DNA from: Octopus vulgaris
Taxonomy: Eukaryota
Reading direction: 5' to 3'
Assembly: GCA_951406725.2 (NCBI GenBank)
Contig: OX597816.1
Location: forward strand, 73,408,001-73,472,000
Length of the DNA: 64,000 bases
Made by a program: the position numbers and the translations under genes. The notes beneath the pieces are model-generated. The model saw only the letters and a program-made list of their open reading frames with translations. It made no database searches and had not been told where the DNA came from. Below are positions 29,357 through 44,830 of the stretch, piece after piece. How positions within the stretch are numbered: the first letter of the stretch is position 1; the number at the start of each line of letters is the position of its first letter.

Positions 29357-29584
29357 TTCTTAGAATATTCAAATTGTGTTCCTTAAATACCCTTATCACA
29401 CCTTTACCGAATTAACACATATGGGATTTTATACAAACACACACATATATATGTGTGTGTATATGTATGTATGTATGTATGTGTGTGTGTGTGTGTGTGT
29501 TTGTGTGTATAAAATTCCATATGTGTTAATTCGGTAAAGGCGTGATAAGGATATTTAAGGAACACAATTTGAATATTCTAAGAA
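29357..29584. repeat. Inverted repeat (~85-bp arms) enclosing a TA/TG microsatellite
   Basis: TTCTTAGAATATTCAAATTGTGTTCCTTAAATA...TTTACCGAATTAACACATATGG versus its reverse complement at 29500-29584. Confidence 0.85.
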
Positions 29585-31291
29585 TAGTTGGCATTTCCGA
29601 CCTGGCGATAGATGTGACTTCGGACAGACGCTGCTGCTTCAGAAAACCAAATGAGGAAAATATACATAGACATAAAAACTTCAATCAACACCTCTGTCAT
29701 TATTAGGGTTGTCGTTGTTGTTGTTGTTGTTTGATCACAGATCATACCTTAAATGAACAGATCTATGATTATAGGTCATCCAGTTGTGACCATCACGTCT
29801 TTTTGATTTATGCAGAGAACCCATAGAAACCATATCCAATGTGTTTTTATGCTGTTGTTTTTGTTTTGTTTTTTGTTTTTCTTTTTCAAAACGGCATGGT
29901 GTGGCTTTGGAGAGATTTAGCTGCTTTTTCTAGCAGGTCGAGTGACTGCATAGAAGGTCTGTCGTACTTGGCATCGAAAGATAGGTTCCAAAGTCTCCTT
30001 TAGCAGTGAGGTTTCCAATCGTGCCTTACTGTTTCATAACTATGCATTGATAAGAACTGGATCAAAGGAAAAACTAGTAGTCGAGGAATATAGCCCTTAT
30101 GATAGCAAAAACTAATTACGTGAAAAAATTAGTACAATCAACCTTACAAAACGGACGTAACTATCAACATAGCTAGTGTGTTTCTGTCCATGGCACATAT
30201 TCATTTTCCAACAACACATAAATATCACAAGTACATCAATATGCAAATACGAAACAAAAATCTTGTTATCGCTAGTGCGTACTGTTGCTTGTTGTGTGGA
30301 CAACTTCGTTTCCCAGATCGCGTATTATATTTATATTATCTAGATCACACCCCCAGCAAATCTGAACCTGAAACAGCTGGTTTCCTACGTCAGAAGCATA
30401 TTAGACTGTTCATTTAACGGAACCTGCCTCTTCAATGCAGTGTTGTACAAAGCTAGCATAACAACAGCAGATTGTATCGGAAGACAGAGCTAAATCCTAC
30501 ACTTATATTGTAATACGCTTGGGAATAAAAGGACACGAAAAATGGAGACGTTTGTACGGTTTCGATAATCGAAAGTAGAGCGTTCCCATACATCGATGGA
30601 GCAAGAAGTTGCGTTCCGTGTTTATCTGAGTAGTTCCAGATCGTTACGTAGCCACCGAAATTTTCGAGCAGGCAATAAAAAATTTCTCTTTATGGTGTTA
30701 TCGGGAATAACCGTTAAACTTCGTAATTCAACCAGAGTAAACTCTCTTACTGCATGTCGTATCTTTACAAAGCCTCTTCACCATAAAAAGAGCAATCCAC
30801 GGTAAATCGCAATTATTTCTAGTTCAATATCAACCGTCTAATGCACGGCACAGCCTTCAACTCGAGAGCATTAATAACGAAAGAAAATCGATCTAACGGG
30901 TAGTTTAAATCTGTCTCTTTCTGGTTTAAACAGACGCATGTGGCGAGAAAATCTCAGCAACGATGGAAATACTAAAAATTCAGTCTTGCTCAAAAACAGG
31001 ATTTGTTGGGTGTTTACCAACCGAAACATCGAGAATTCAATCTAACCGGATCTCATCTAACGTCTGTGGAGTTGGAATCAATAATGACCTTGTAATGACA
31101 TTGTGCGTATGTGTGCATATACACACAAACACACACACACACACATATATATGCATATATATGTATATATATATACATATATATACACATATACATATAT
31201 ATATATCTACATCTACATATATGTATATACATATATATATATATACATATATGTACATCAATGCATCTATATATACATACATATACATATA

Positions 31292-31358
<67 letters not shown>

Positions 31359-31360
31359 GG

Positions 31361-31401
<41 letters not shown>

Positions 31402-31418
31402 TACGTCTATGTATATAC

Positions 31419-31479
<61 letters not shown>

Positions 31480-31928
31480 CATATGTATGCATATGTATGC
31501 ACATGAGGTTATAACAGAATATATATCAGATAGGCAATTAGTGTATGGAGAAAATGAAGTAACATGACATAGGACATATGGCGAACAACGTTCAAATCGC
31601 CATCTTTCGGTTGTTAGACCCGCACGTTGATCTTCCTAGGGGATACAAGCCTGGAAATAGTTTCGGAGCAACGCTAGAAATATGTGATTATATAGATATG
31701 ATTAATTCATATGCTCTATGGTGTGCTACGAAATATATAATGTGATCGGTTTTGTGAGGTGGAAAAGAAAGCAGAAGTAGGTTTCTGGTTATATGGACAT
31801 GTTTAAAAAAAACAGTAGTAATGTAATTTCTGTATATGGAGCTATGAATACAATATATTTATTCATTTCGTGAGTGTATGGATATCTGAATGTATACAAA
31901 CATATATATGTATATGTATATATATGTA

Positions 31929-31984
<56 letters not shown>

Positions 31985-32048
31985 TATAGATAGATATGAA
32001 TGTGTATGTGTATGAGAGTTTGTATGTGTGTATGCATCTTTATATATA

Positions 32049-32124
<76 letters not shown>

Positions 32125-32731
32125 CATGAATGTATTTAGATATAAATTTAGATATCCTTGTGTGAGCATAAGCTTGCTTTACTTAACTATGCATACATAC
32201 ACACGCATATATACATATACATGCATACATATACAAATATATATAGATGCATACAAATATATACATGTAAGAATAAACACACACACACACACACACACAC
32301 ATATTTACACATCGTTAAAGACAAGCATGAACACACACCTACATATATATACGCACACTTATACATACATATACCTACAACCACCTATCTCTGTGCGTGT
32401 GTCGGTGTGTATATCTTCGTGTGGCTCTCCGAGTGCGTATATGCATCACGTGAACCGTGGAGGCATTCATCATATTTATGTTTATCATCATCATAACATT
32501 TATGCATATACGTGCTTCAGATGACAGAGCGAAGGAAATACAAAGGGGAGAGTGGTTTAGTGGTGATATCGATATTGTCACACTTTAACTACACCATTCC
32601 TATTACTCAGATATAATAACCTCAAAGTGTCTATAACCACAATAATATCTACAACGCTACGTCGGTTTTAATTTCCATTAACTCGGTTGTTTGTATCTAC
32701 CAATGTTTGCGCATCTATGTATATGTGTATG

Positions 32732-32777
<46 letters not shown>

Positions 32778-32908
32778 GCGTGTGTATGCGTGTGTTTGTG
32801 TGTGTGTGTGTAAGAACGTCTGCATAAAGAGATCGACAGACAGAGACTTCGGTCAATCGATAGATAGTTAGATAGATGGATGGATAGATAGATAGATCGA
32901 TAGATAGA

Positions 32909-32940
<32 letters not shown>

Positions 32941-32949
32941 TAGATAGAC

Positions 32950-33007
<58 letters not shown>

Positions 33008-33034
33008 TCAGATTGATAGATAGATAGATTGATT

Positions 33035-33174
<140 letters not shown>

Positions 33175-33468
33175 TAGATAGAAAAACGTTTACATATATA
33201 TATATAAATATATGAATATATATATACACACACTCACACACACAAACAAATATGTATGTGTGTGTGTGTATGTATGTATGTTTTTTGTTGTCGATATGAA
33301 ATAAAAACAATAAAAATGGTGCGTAAGACGCTCGGTCGGATGAAATTGCTTGTTATTTGGTTCTAAGTCTGAAGGTTTCAAGTTGACTTTCCGCCGAATT
33401 CGTAATAGCATTGCAAGGGACGTCAATAAATTAAGTACCAATCAGTTACTGGCAATCGATGTGATTAA

Positions 33469-34051
33469 CCCCTTACCCAACAATTATTTTGAAAATAAAT
33501 GTATTTTTTCAGACATATTTTTTAATTGTTTTATTTTACTATGTTTTGAATGGTGATTTCGAGGTATATTTCAAACCTTATTTATTATGAATTTTAATTC
33601 AATAATATTGATTTTAAATTACCACTTTGGGCAGAAACGAGTTAACCCGTTTGTTTTCATAAATCATATTACTTTTACAAAAAATCATGTTATTTTATTT
33701 GGTTATCGACATGGTGGGGTTATAATATAAAGGTATAAAAAAAAAACGTAAAAACAAAGTGAATACTTCTATTCATAAAATGTGCCTTCCAACCCTTCGA
33801 CTGTCTCCAGGTGACTAAATCATACTCGGTCTTCAATGCCTTACTCAAGCGAAAGGTGGCAGAAATCGTCACTGCCAGACGTATAAAGTGAGCGAATATA
33901 CTCGTATATGTCAAAAAAGAGTTTATAATAGACAAAGGAACTCGTTTGCTGTCGATTTTGGCGAGTCTATCTTTTGACGAGTTAACTCGCCAGAGATAGA
34001 AAAAAACGATTTCGGTCAAAACGCATATATTCGTTTCTGCCGGGTAAGGGG
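33469..34051. mobile_element. piggyBac-like MITE
   Basis: TTAA|CCCCTTACCC ... GGGTAAGGGG|TTAA; inserted into a diverged SINE A copy starting near 33315. Confidence 0.7.
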
Positions 34052-34076
34052 TTAACTGTACCTCTTCTTATGCAAC

Positions 34077-34130
<54 letters not shown>

Positions 34131-34145
34131 CATCATCATCATCAT

Positions 34146-34670
34146 CTCTTTAACACATATTTTGTTGGAGCTCCTAGAGTCTTGCATGCGTAGCGGGTTT
34201 ACTACCTGCAGCCTATGGTACCATGTTATTCGTTCTTTTCATCTCTCTAATACCTTTCTGATTATTCTGGCCGTATCAAGGAGGCAAACCTTTTGTAACA
34301 GTTCTTCTGGGCACTCTATTCCAATTTCCTTTATATTCTCCTTCATGCCTTCTGATACTCTCCCCAAGGACCCAACAATAATTGGCACCATCTCCACCTT
34401 CTTCATTTTCCATAGCCGGGTTGTATTTATCATTCTTTTCGCCTTCCTTCTTGACTATTCGTGGGTTTAAAGGGCATGCAACGTCAACTATATAGCATAT
34501 GTGATGCATCTTGCCCGCCACCATTAGGTCCGGTCTGTTATGCTTTAGCACCTGATCTGTTTGGTTTGGGAAATCCCAAAGGATTTTGCTAGTCTCCGGC
34601 TCTGCCACTCACTGCGGTCTGTGCTCATACCACGTCTCACATCTCGCTAGCCTCCAATTTTTGCACAGTA
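34146..34670 (-). pseudogene. R4/Dong-like LINE 3' fragment (RLE domain)
   Basis: WYEHRP...SKILWDFPNQTDQVLKHNRPDLMV...IVDVACP...EKNDKY; VPIIVGSLG...LQKVCLLDTARIIRKVL; flanked by ATT/ATC repeats. Confidence 0.85.
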
Positions 34671-34800
34671 TTATTACAATTATTGTTGTTGTTGTTGTTA
34701 TTATTTTGTTTACTAAATTAATAGAGGACTACAGTGCAAATCATCATGGGTTTATTCTTGACTTTTATCAACTGTCTATCAACATGTATCAATACAATCA

Positions 34801-35180
34801 ATACCTATTTCTTTACTACCCACAAGGGGCTAAACACAGAGAGGATAAACGGATTAAGTCGATTATATCGACCCCAGTGTGTAACTGGCACTTATCTAAT
34901 CGACCCCGAAAGAATGAAAGGCAAAGTCGACCTCGGCGGAATTTGAACTCAGAACGTAACGGCAGACGAAATACCTATTTCTTTACTACCCACAATGGGC
35001 TAAACAAAGAGGGAACAAACAAGGACAGACAGACAGATTAAGTCGATTACATCGACCCCAGTGCGTAACTGGTACTTAATTTATCGACCTCGAAAGGATG
35101 AAAGGCAAAGTCGACCTCGGTGGAATTTGAACCCAGAACGTAAAGACAGACGAAATACGGCTACACATTTCGCTCGCTGC
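34801..35180 (-). mobile_element. SINE family A dimer
   Basis: Two units with junction GACGAAATAC|CTATTTCTTTACTACCCAC. Confidence 0.85.
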
Positions 35181-35955
35181 CTTTACAATACAATCAATAC
35201 CGGTTAATTACTGGTATCGAGTTTTATCGAGTGTACTTTCATTGACTTTACATCAATGCTATCGACCGTACCCTGTAGCTTTGAACAAGTTTATCAAAGT
35301 ACATTGTCTAATATTAATTCAATGTGAAAAGCGGTGAACTGGTAGAATCGATGCCGCGCCGGGCAAAATGCTTAGCGGCATTTCGTCTGAATTTATTCAA
35401 ATTCCGCCGAGGTCGACTTTGCCTTACAATCTTTCGGGGGTCGATAAAGTAAGTACCAGTTGACCATGGGGTCGCTTTAATCGATTTATTCCTTCACCGA
35501 ACTTGTTGGCCTTGTGCTAAAATTTGAAACCAATATCATTTCAGTGTTGCCGACAATACCTTATGTAACATTGTTTTATCGGCTATGTTAAATTTTTTTG
35601 TTATAGCAGCACTTAAGGTTACAAGACATGCTAGAAATAGCAGCTGAATTTCTCCTAAATTACTTCTTAGCATCTTCAAAAAGTAGAACAAAATTGGCAT
35701 GCACTCTGAGAAGGAAAGGATCGTGAGAGTTCCGATGGCTTTCAGTCAAATGACAGATTGAGCAGAGCTTGTGTAGCTTTAGGCATCGAGCGACTGGATT
35801 CCGTACAGGATTTGGTCGCTGCTACTCCCTGCACATCTAATCCACATAATGTTGACTGTCTTCAGGTCATCTTGAAATGTCCGCTGCCAAGTGATCTTCA
35901 GCCTGTTCCTTTCTACACCTATCAACAGGTGGTACCCTTGTCATGGCTGACATGA

Positions 35956-36413
35956 GGCGGTGAGCTGGCAGAAACGTTAGCACGCCGGGCGAAATGCTGA
36001 GCAGTATTTCGTCTGTCTTTTACGTTCTGAGTTCAAATTCCGCCGAGGTCGACTTTGCCTTTCATCCTTTCGGGGTCGATAAATTAAGTACCAGTTGTGC
36101 ACTGGGGTCGATGTAATCGACTTAATCCGTTTGTCCTTGTTTGTCCTCTCTGTGTTTAGCCCCTTGTGGGTAGTAAAGAAATAGGTGAGCTGGCAGAAAC
36201 GTTAGCACGCCGGGCGAAATGCTGAGCAGTATTTCGTCTGTCTTTACGTTCTGAGTTCAAGTTCCGCCGAGGTCGACTTTGCCTTTCATCCTTTCGGGGT
36301 CGATAAATTAAGTACCAGTTGTGCACTGGGGTCGATGTAATCGACTTAATCCGTTTGTCAGTCCTTATTTGTCCTCTCTGTGACTAAACACAGAGAGGTA
36401 GTAAAGGAATAGG
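35956..36413 (+). mobile_element. SINE family A dimer (near-identical units)
   Basis: GGTGAGCTGGCAGAAACGTTAGCACGCCGGGCGAAATG occurs at 35960 and 36185. Confidence 0.9.
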
Positions 36414-37410
36414 TACTCTAGTCATGGCTGTTTTCGAGTGTCATTCATCGACTGGGCCGGCGATTCTCCATCGGGATTCATATGACCGCTAGGAATCCAT
36501 AAAAGATTTTTGGGGGTCCACGCAAGTAAAATAGTAAATTGGGGACCGCACTTGTATATTAAGGTTCCACGAAAAATATCGCTTTGGGTGTATTTATTGC
36601 GAGAAACAACTAGATTTAGTTCTCTAACATCTTAGTTCAACCGACAAAAGTTAAGGCATAAAAAACAAAACAGGAATTTTGTATCTATAAGATTAGTTTT
36701 TAAACATCGAAGTGTTATTTACCAGAATAGAATAGTAATTAAAAGGGTCCATTGATTAAAATGGCAGTGAACCACTGGGCTTCACGGAGAATGTAGTCAG
36801 CTAGGCGGAATCAGAACTCCACTGCAAGTTCCTGCATTGGTCGCGATCTCACTCTTTTCCAAATCTCCTCATTTGTGACACGGCTCTACCAGTTTACTTT
36901 GAGGATCTTTCTGAGGAACTTTTAATGGAATAAATTTTGTTTTCCATTTGTCGTCAATGTCTCGCTGGCATGGATTTCAGCAGGCAAAATGATGTTATAC
37001 AGTTATACTGACGAAATTGATCAGAGAAGACCATGTGAAAAAGATAGTATGTTGAGCGTTAGACTACTTTTGACCATAGTTCTGTTCGATAAGTTCTGTT
37101 CATACATGATACCAAACAACAATTATCATAACTATAATTATTTTTCGCTTTGTTTAGATTTTGTAAATCTGAACAGAAATGATGACATTTTGAATTCTAT
37201 CTCAGAGTTTGCCTCGCATGGAAGAGACATTGAGCTTTAAACAAATGAGCTCTTCCATTTTCTCTCCCTCTCGCTCTCTCTTTCTCTCTTCCATTCCTTT
37301 CTCTCTCTCTCCTCCATCCTCTCCCTCTCCCTCTTCCTTTCTCCATCTTATTTTTATCTCTCATACATACTCTCATAAATACATACTTCCTTGTATAGCT
37401 TCTATAATTA

Positions 37411-37821
37411 TTTATTTCTTTATTGCACACAGCGGCGCTAAACATAGAGGGGACAAACAAGGACAGACAAAGAGATTAAGTCGATTACACCAACCCCAGT
37501 GCGTAACTGGCACTTATTTCATCGACCCCTAAAGGATGAAATGCAAAGTCGACCTCGGCGGAATTTGAACTCAGAACGTAACGGCAGGCGAAATACATAT
37601 TTCTATTTCTTTACTACCACACAGAGAGGACAAACAAGGACAGACAAACGGATTAAGTCGATTATATCGACCCCACTGCGTAACTGGTACTTAATTTACC
37701 GACCCCGAAAGGATGAGAGGCAAAGTCGACCTCGGCGGAATTTGAACTCAGAACGTAATGGCAGACGAAATACGACTACGCATTTCGCCCGGCGTGCTAA
37801 CGTTTCTGCCAGCTCGCCACC
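37411..37821 (-). mobile_element. SINE family A dimer
   Basis: Two reverse-complement units ending in the head CGTTTCTGCCAGCTCGCCACC. Confidence 0.85.
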
Positions 37822-38228
37822 GTTGGTAGCATATATAATAGCAACAATCTTAAAAAAAATTAGACTCTCATATATATATATATACCACACATTATAAGAC
37901 ATAAACACATGCAAACAGAGTTTAATGTACACGCCTATGCGTTCTGAGTTCGTTTCTTGCTATTTCTATACGTGCATACCAACAAACAGTTCTACACATA
38001 TCTGCTTCTCACCCTCTCTTATTATCCCTCTTTTTCACCCTTATTTTCCCCCTCTCTCTCTCTTTTTACCCCAGTCTCTGTTCTTCTCTCACTATACATA
38101 TATATACTACTCTCTACTCACATCATATATGTATGATCCTTATGATGCACATTTTTTAGATTGTTTTAGATGTTTTAGAGCATACACATACGTATATGTA
38201 ATGTATATTCCTACATATACATACATAT

Positions 38229-38284
<56 letters not shown>

Positions 38285-38366
38285 GTCTATATACATATAC
38301 GTTTATATATATATGTATATAAACATATATACACACACATATATATATACATATATATATACACAT

Positions 38367-38414
<48 letters not shown>

Positions 38415-38631
38415 ATGTATATGTAGATAGATAGATTGATACGTATAAATATATATACACATACATATATATACACGTTTATCTATGTGTATGTATATCC
38501 GCACATCCATAAACATATACACACCGATATACAGACATGTACACACGCATACAGATACAAACATAGAGACATCCAAACGCATGCCTACATGCCTACATGC
38601 AAGAATACATCCATACACACATACATACCTG

Positions 38632-38668
<37 letters not shown>

Positions 38669-39100
38669 CCGCGCGCACACCAAAGTCGACAATATGACAG
38701 GGAGCATCACTCAGCGCCTTATTAGAAAGGTGCCGGGTGAGGCCTGAACTCCGAGGGACGAAAGGGAGGTGGCAAACAGAGAGGATGAGAAAGAGAAAGA
38801 ACGAGAGAGAGAGAGATGGAGGGAAGGGAAAGAAAGAGAAGGGAGAGCGGTTTGGAACGAATATATTTATGTACAAGTTACATTGAGTTCATCCTGAAAA
38901 TTCCCTCTTGGGGATCGAACTTTGCTAATAAAACGTGTAGGTTCTTGTCAGTGGATGATCACAGGATTTTTGCTGACATTATCATAGGAGAGAAAATGGC
39001 GTTGTTGTTTGTTATAAACCTCTGCCATATACGGACACGTTAAGCACCCACATTTCGCCTCTCCACCACATTGCTATCATAATTCTATCATAACAAGAGC

Positions 39101-39143
<43 letters not shown>

Positions 39144-39659
39144 GCAGCAGCAACTACTAAAGCAACTAGAAATATTGACAACAATAACAACGTTACAAAC
39201 AAACAACCACAATAATGAATAAACTTTGGTTGGGTTGACGGTTGATTGATTGTGATGCATCGATGAAAGATTGCCGCGTGTGCTCCTACACGCATGCGTA
39301 TGCGTGTGTATATTCATATATGTGTGTGTATGTGTGTGTGTGTGTATGTGTGTGTGTGTGTGTGTGTGTGTCTATCTGTGTGTATTTGAAGGTGCGTGTT
39401 TGTGTGTATGTATGTATGTCTATGTGAGTGTATTTGAGTGTATGAGTGTGTTGGATGGTGCAATATGTATATGTGTGCCTATGTGAATGTGCTTTTGTGT
39501 GTGTATTTGTGTGTGCGTGTGTGCGTGTTTGTATGAGTATTTAAGTGTTTTTGTGTCAATGTATGTGTGTGCGTGTGTGCGTGTATGCAGGTATGTATGT
39601 GTGTATGAATGTGTTTGCTTGTGTGTTTTGTTGATAGAATGGTTACAATACATGTGACG

Positions 39660-39716
39660 AATGACAAAGATGATGATGACGATGATGGCGATGATGAGAA
39701 TGATGATGATGATGAC

Positions 39717-39783
<67 letters not shown>

Positions 39784-40020
39784 ATGGTGATGATGGTGAT
39801 GGTGATGATGGTGATGGTGATGATGATGATGATGATAGTGGTGGTGATGATGATGTTGATGATGATGATAGTGGTGGTGATGATGATGTTGATGATGATG
39901 ATAGTGGTGGTGATGGTGATGGTGATGGTGATGATGGTGATGGTGATGATGGTGATGGTGATGATCATGATCATGATGGTGACGGTGATGATGGTGATGG
40001 TGATGATGATGGTGGTGATT

Positions 40021-40072
<52 letters not shown>

Positions 40073-40200
40073 GGATGATGATGAGGATGACGACGACGAA
40101 GATGATGACGATGATGGTAGAGGTGATGGTGGTGACGGTGGTGATAACAACGTCGATCATGATGATAACGACGGCGACGATGACGTCGAAGATGGCGATT
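39660..40200. repeat. (GAT/GGT)n degenerate microsatellite
   Basis: Directly visible; source of the poly-D and poly-M ORFs. Confidence 0.95.
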
Positions 40201-40464
40201 GCCTTGGTCGTGGTGTCAACGGTGACATGACGTCAATGGTTCGGTTGGCAGGAAAATGTGGAATTGAAAGGAAAGCTGTCATTTATCCACAGATATGAAG
40301 GGATATGCGCCATTGTGTGAGTGTGAGTGTGTGGGGGATGTGAGTGTGTATGTGTGTGTGTGTGTATGTGTTGTGTAGGTATGTATATATAAATATGTGA
40401 ATAAATCACGACAGGTAAAGAAGAGCACAGCCCGAGTAGAGACCCGGATAACAATATCCACTTT

Positions 40465-40650
40465 CATTTCGTTTACTTGTTTCAGTCATTGGCTATGCTG
40501 GAGCACCGCCTTTAGTCGAACAAATCGACCCCGGAGACTTATTCTTTATAAGCCTTAGTACTAGTTCTATCGGTCTCTTTTGCGGAACCCGCTATGTTAC
40601 GGGGACGTAAACACATCACCATCGGTTGTCAAGTGATGGTGGTAGGGACA
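40465..40650 (-). mobile_element. SINE family B tail
   Basis: TGTTTCAGTCATT...GCTGGAGCACCGCC...GGGGACGTAAACACATCACCATCGGTTGTCAAG. Confidence 0.8.
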
Positions 40651-40810
40651 GAAATATACATACATGCATACATACATACACACACATATATATGTATATA
40701 AACATACACATATACATATACATATATATATATATATACAGATATATACGTGTATATATATATATATATACATATATATGTATATATGTATATATATATA
40801 TATATGTGAA

Positions 40811-41143
40811 GGCGCATGGCTCAGTGGTTAGAGCGTCGGGCTTACGATCGTGAGGTTGTGAGCTCGAATCCCGGACCAGGCTGCGTGTTGTGTTCTTGAG
40901 CAAGGCACTTTATTTCACGTTGCTCCAGTTCACTCAGCTGTAGAAATGAGTTGCGACGTCACTGGTGCCAAGCTGTATCGACCTTTGTCTTTCCCTTGGA
41001 TAACACTGGTGGCGTGGAGAGGGGAGGCTGGTATGCATGGGCGACTGCTGGTCTTCCATAAACAACCTTGCTCGGACTTGTGTCTAGGAGGGTAACTTTC
41101 TAGGTGCAATCCCATGGTCATTCATGACCGAAGGGGGTCTTTT
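40811..41143 (+). mobile_element. tRNA-derived SINE family C, full length
   Basis: TGGCTCAGTGGTTAG A box, GCTCGAATCC B box, CORE-like TTGAGCAAGGCACTT; highly similar to 57998 and 63445; in (TA)n. Confidence 0.9.
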
Positions 41144-42013
41144 ATATATATGTATATATAAGTACACGTATATGTATTTATGTATATATATGTATGTGTG
41201 TATGTTTTTATACATATATGTGTGTGTATGTATGCATGTATATATATATATATACATATATACATATATATATATATATACATACATATATATATGTATA
41301 TATGTACACGTATATGTATTTATGTATATGTGCGTGTGTGTGTGTGTGTGTGTGTGCGTGTATTATATGTATACATACATAAATACATACGTAACTTAGT
41401 ATGCATAAGCATTATGGAGGCGTCTGGCTTAGTGACTCATGATCGTAAGATTGTTGTTTCGATTCCTGGATCGCGCGATGTGTTGCATTCAAGAGCAAAA
41501 CAGTTCATTTCATGTTGCTCCAGTCTACTCAGCCGGTAATAGGGATTAATCCTTATGACCTTTGAGAATTCTATTTAATATACATACATATAAAGACAAA
41601 AAGGACGGAGACTTGATTTATCCAGTGTTTATTTGCTTCCATTACTGGCTGCATTATGATGGATCTCCAGAGTCACGGAAACAACTGTTGGACTTGTAGT
41701 ACCTTACCTCATCCCTTTTAATTTCCTCTGTGGTTTTTACTCTATGTCAGCTTGATCTATTAATGTCTAAGCATCTATATATTTATACTTAAATATACAT
41801 CGTCTAAAAATCTACAGTCTTTGCTTTCTTTCTGTTTACGTGTATACATACATATGCATGTATATACAAAAATAAATTAGACAGGTCAGTATATAAAGTA
41901 TATTAAATGCATGAAATACAAGAAATATGTATATGTTTACATAAAAAAGGTCCGGCTTACATAGAATACAAATGATATAAAGAACTAAAGTGGTTGAAGA
42001 AAAGTATTACAAA

Positions 42014-42078
42014 TCCAACAACTGTTTCTGGAGGCTCGGTGGCCCAAAATGTTTGTAGATTGATTCCATCTTCAGGGA
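42014..42078 (-). ncRNA. Minimal hammerhead ribozyme motif
   Basis: Minus strand TCC-CTGAAGA-TGGA-(long loop)-TCCA-GAAAC-AGTT-GTT^GGA; canonical core; stem III is one change from the palindrome ACAGCTGT. Confidence 0.65.
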
Positions 42079-42199
42079 AGAGATTATACATTTGAGGTGT
42101 TAAAGGAAGGAAGTGCCCGCTCAAGTTCAACTTTCTTGAGCACTATTAAGTGTATACCATACTGAGAATATCTGATTCTCATCCATGAGCAATATACAT

Positions 42200-42390
42200 A
42201 TTTCGCCATGATAGATCGTTAGCCACTAAACCTTTTTCTGTTTTCACTCCCTGTTTATATCTGTGTTCCTTTCTGTCGAAGAGCGTAGGCTCGAAACATG
42301 AAAAGACTTTCTCACTTCCCGAGCGTTAAACTAATACAACTGCTTGTTGTTTACACGCCCGTCTTCGTCTTTTGTTGTTTTTGTAAATTC

Positions 42391-42395
<5 letters not shown>
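42200..42395 (+). mobile_element. HHR repeat family H1, best-preserved copy
   Basis: CTTT-CTGTCGA-A-GAGC-GTAG-GCTC-GAAAC-ATG-AAAAG at 42269-42305; whole unit matches the reverse complement of 59150-59330; ends at (TA)n. Confidence 0.7.
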
Positions 42396-42449
<54 letters not shown>

Positions 42450-42459
42450 TATATAAATA

Positions 42460-43027
<568 letters not shown>

Positions 43028-43039
43028 GTGCATTGATGG

Positions 43040-43770
43040 TAGAGATAATAATTCTTTCTACGATAGACACAAATTCTGAAATTTTGGGGGAGAGGACTAG
43101 TCGATTAGATCGACCTCAGTACGCAACTAAACTTGGCGGCAAACAAGCAATTTTGAGGTAAGGTAAGACAATTTATATCAACCCCAGTGTTCAACTGCAA
43201 ATTACTCTTAAAGGAGTAATTCTGCAGTAACTGAATTCAAATGTAAAAGCTGGAACAAATGTCGCTAAGTGCTTTCTGCGACGACCTGATAATGATCCTG
43301 CCAGCTCGCCGTTTTTTGTTTTCAAATTTTGGGTCAAGGCCAGGATTTTTGGAGGTGTGGTGGAGTGTAAGTTGATTCCATCACTCCCTAGATTTACTTG
43401 ATTCGTTCTGATTTTATTGACCCCGAAAGGATGAAAGACAAAGTTGATCCGAACTGAATTTGAACTCACAATCTAAAGACGGAGGAAATGCCGCCAAGCA
43501 TTTTGTCCGGCATGCTAACGATTCTGCTAGCTCACGGCCTTATAATAATTCTTTCTACAATAAGCACAAGGCCTTAAATTTTGAGGGAGGCGGTAAGTCG
43601 ATTACAGCTCCCCTAGTATTTACCTAGTATCTTAGTTGATTCACCCCCAAAAGGACGAAAAGCCAAGCTGACCCCGGTGGGGTTTGAGCACATATCGTAA
43701 AGAGCCAGAAGATATGTCGCTAAGCATTTTGTCTGACTCTGTGACGATTCTGTTGGCCCGTCGCCTGAAT
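43040..43770 (-). mobile_element. Cluster of diverged SINE family A-related copies
   Basis: GACCCCGAAAGGATGAAAG...ATTTGAACTC...CTAACGATTCTGCTAGCTC motifs repeated. Confidence 0.65.
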
Positions 43771-43777
43771 AATATTC

Positions 43778-43811
<34 letters not shown>

Positions 43812-43813
43812 TG

Positions 43814-43911
<98 letters not shown>

Positions 43912-43947
43912 AAGAATGATTTCTTTATTTTAATAATAATAGTGATG

Positions 43948-44006
<59 letters not shown>

Positions 44007-44284
44007 GTTTTATGTATGCTATAAGATAAGATTGAGAATATTGAAATTAGGAGATGAACCAGGAAGCCATAAACACACGCATACACACACACATCGAATT
44101 ACACATCCACACACAAATGCGCATATACACACACACACAATTATGCATACACACGCAAGCGCGCATACATTCATACATATACATATATATACACTGTCAC
44201 AGACTTCCAGATATAAAGTTGCGTTACTCCCACTTTGAGAAAAGAAAAGATCAACGGTTTTCTCCTGGTACTAACCCTAACCTT

Positions 44285-44318
<34 letters not shown>

Positions 44319-44782
44319 AGATACACTCACGTTCACTCAAACCTACATATATACATATATACAAGCACACACACACAGAGGCAAGTCTACACGTCCACTG
44401 CACACTTATACATATATAATAAGAATGCGAGGCTCTGAAAACATGCAAACTACAAATAGAGAAAAAGAAAGAAGAGAGGAAACTACAGCACAACACAGAG
44501 ACAAAGACAACACAAGCACAGCCCATACAACACAAAAAAACTATTTTGAATAAATAAATAACTTTCTGTTTTTTTTCTGTTTTGTTTTGGTTTTTTTTGA
44601 AAGAAGTGAAAATAAACCAACAAGCAAAAATAGAGCATCTTAAATCCTGAAAAAACATAGAAAAACATGGAAATCTCTTTCAGTAATTTATTCATAAGAA
44701 ACTGAAGTAAAAAAATAAATAAATAAATCAAAGCGATGACGCGAAATAAACATTTTTGAGTTTAAGAAAGAAACAATAAAAA

Positions 44783-44830
<48 letters not shown>

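Noticed and set aside
36455-36780. Possible hAT MITE ending GAACCACTG
   Set aside because: Left TIR is too degenerate and no TSD was found.
39609-40298. Asp-rich 229-aa ORF resembling an acidic biomineral protein
   Set aside because: Degenerate (GAT)n microsatellite; no signal peptide or exon evidence.
40811-40885. tRNA-like sequences here and at 18474, 20506, 42565, 57998 and 63445
   Set aside because: They are SINE heads followed by shared bodies; acceptor stems do not close.
44270-44284. CTAACCCTAACCTTA telomere-like repeat
   Set aside because: Only about two units; compatible with chance.
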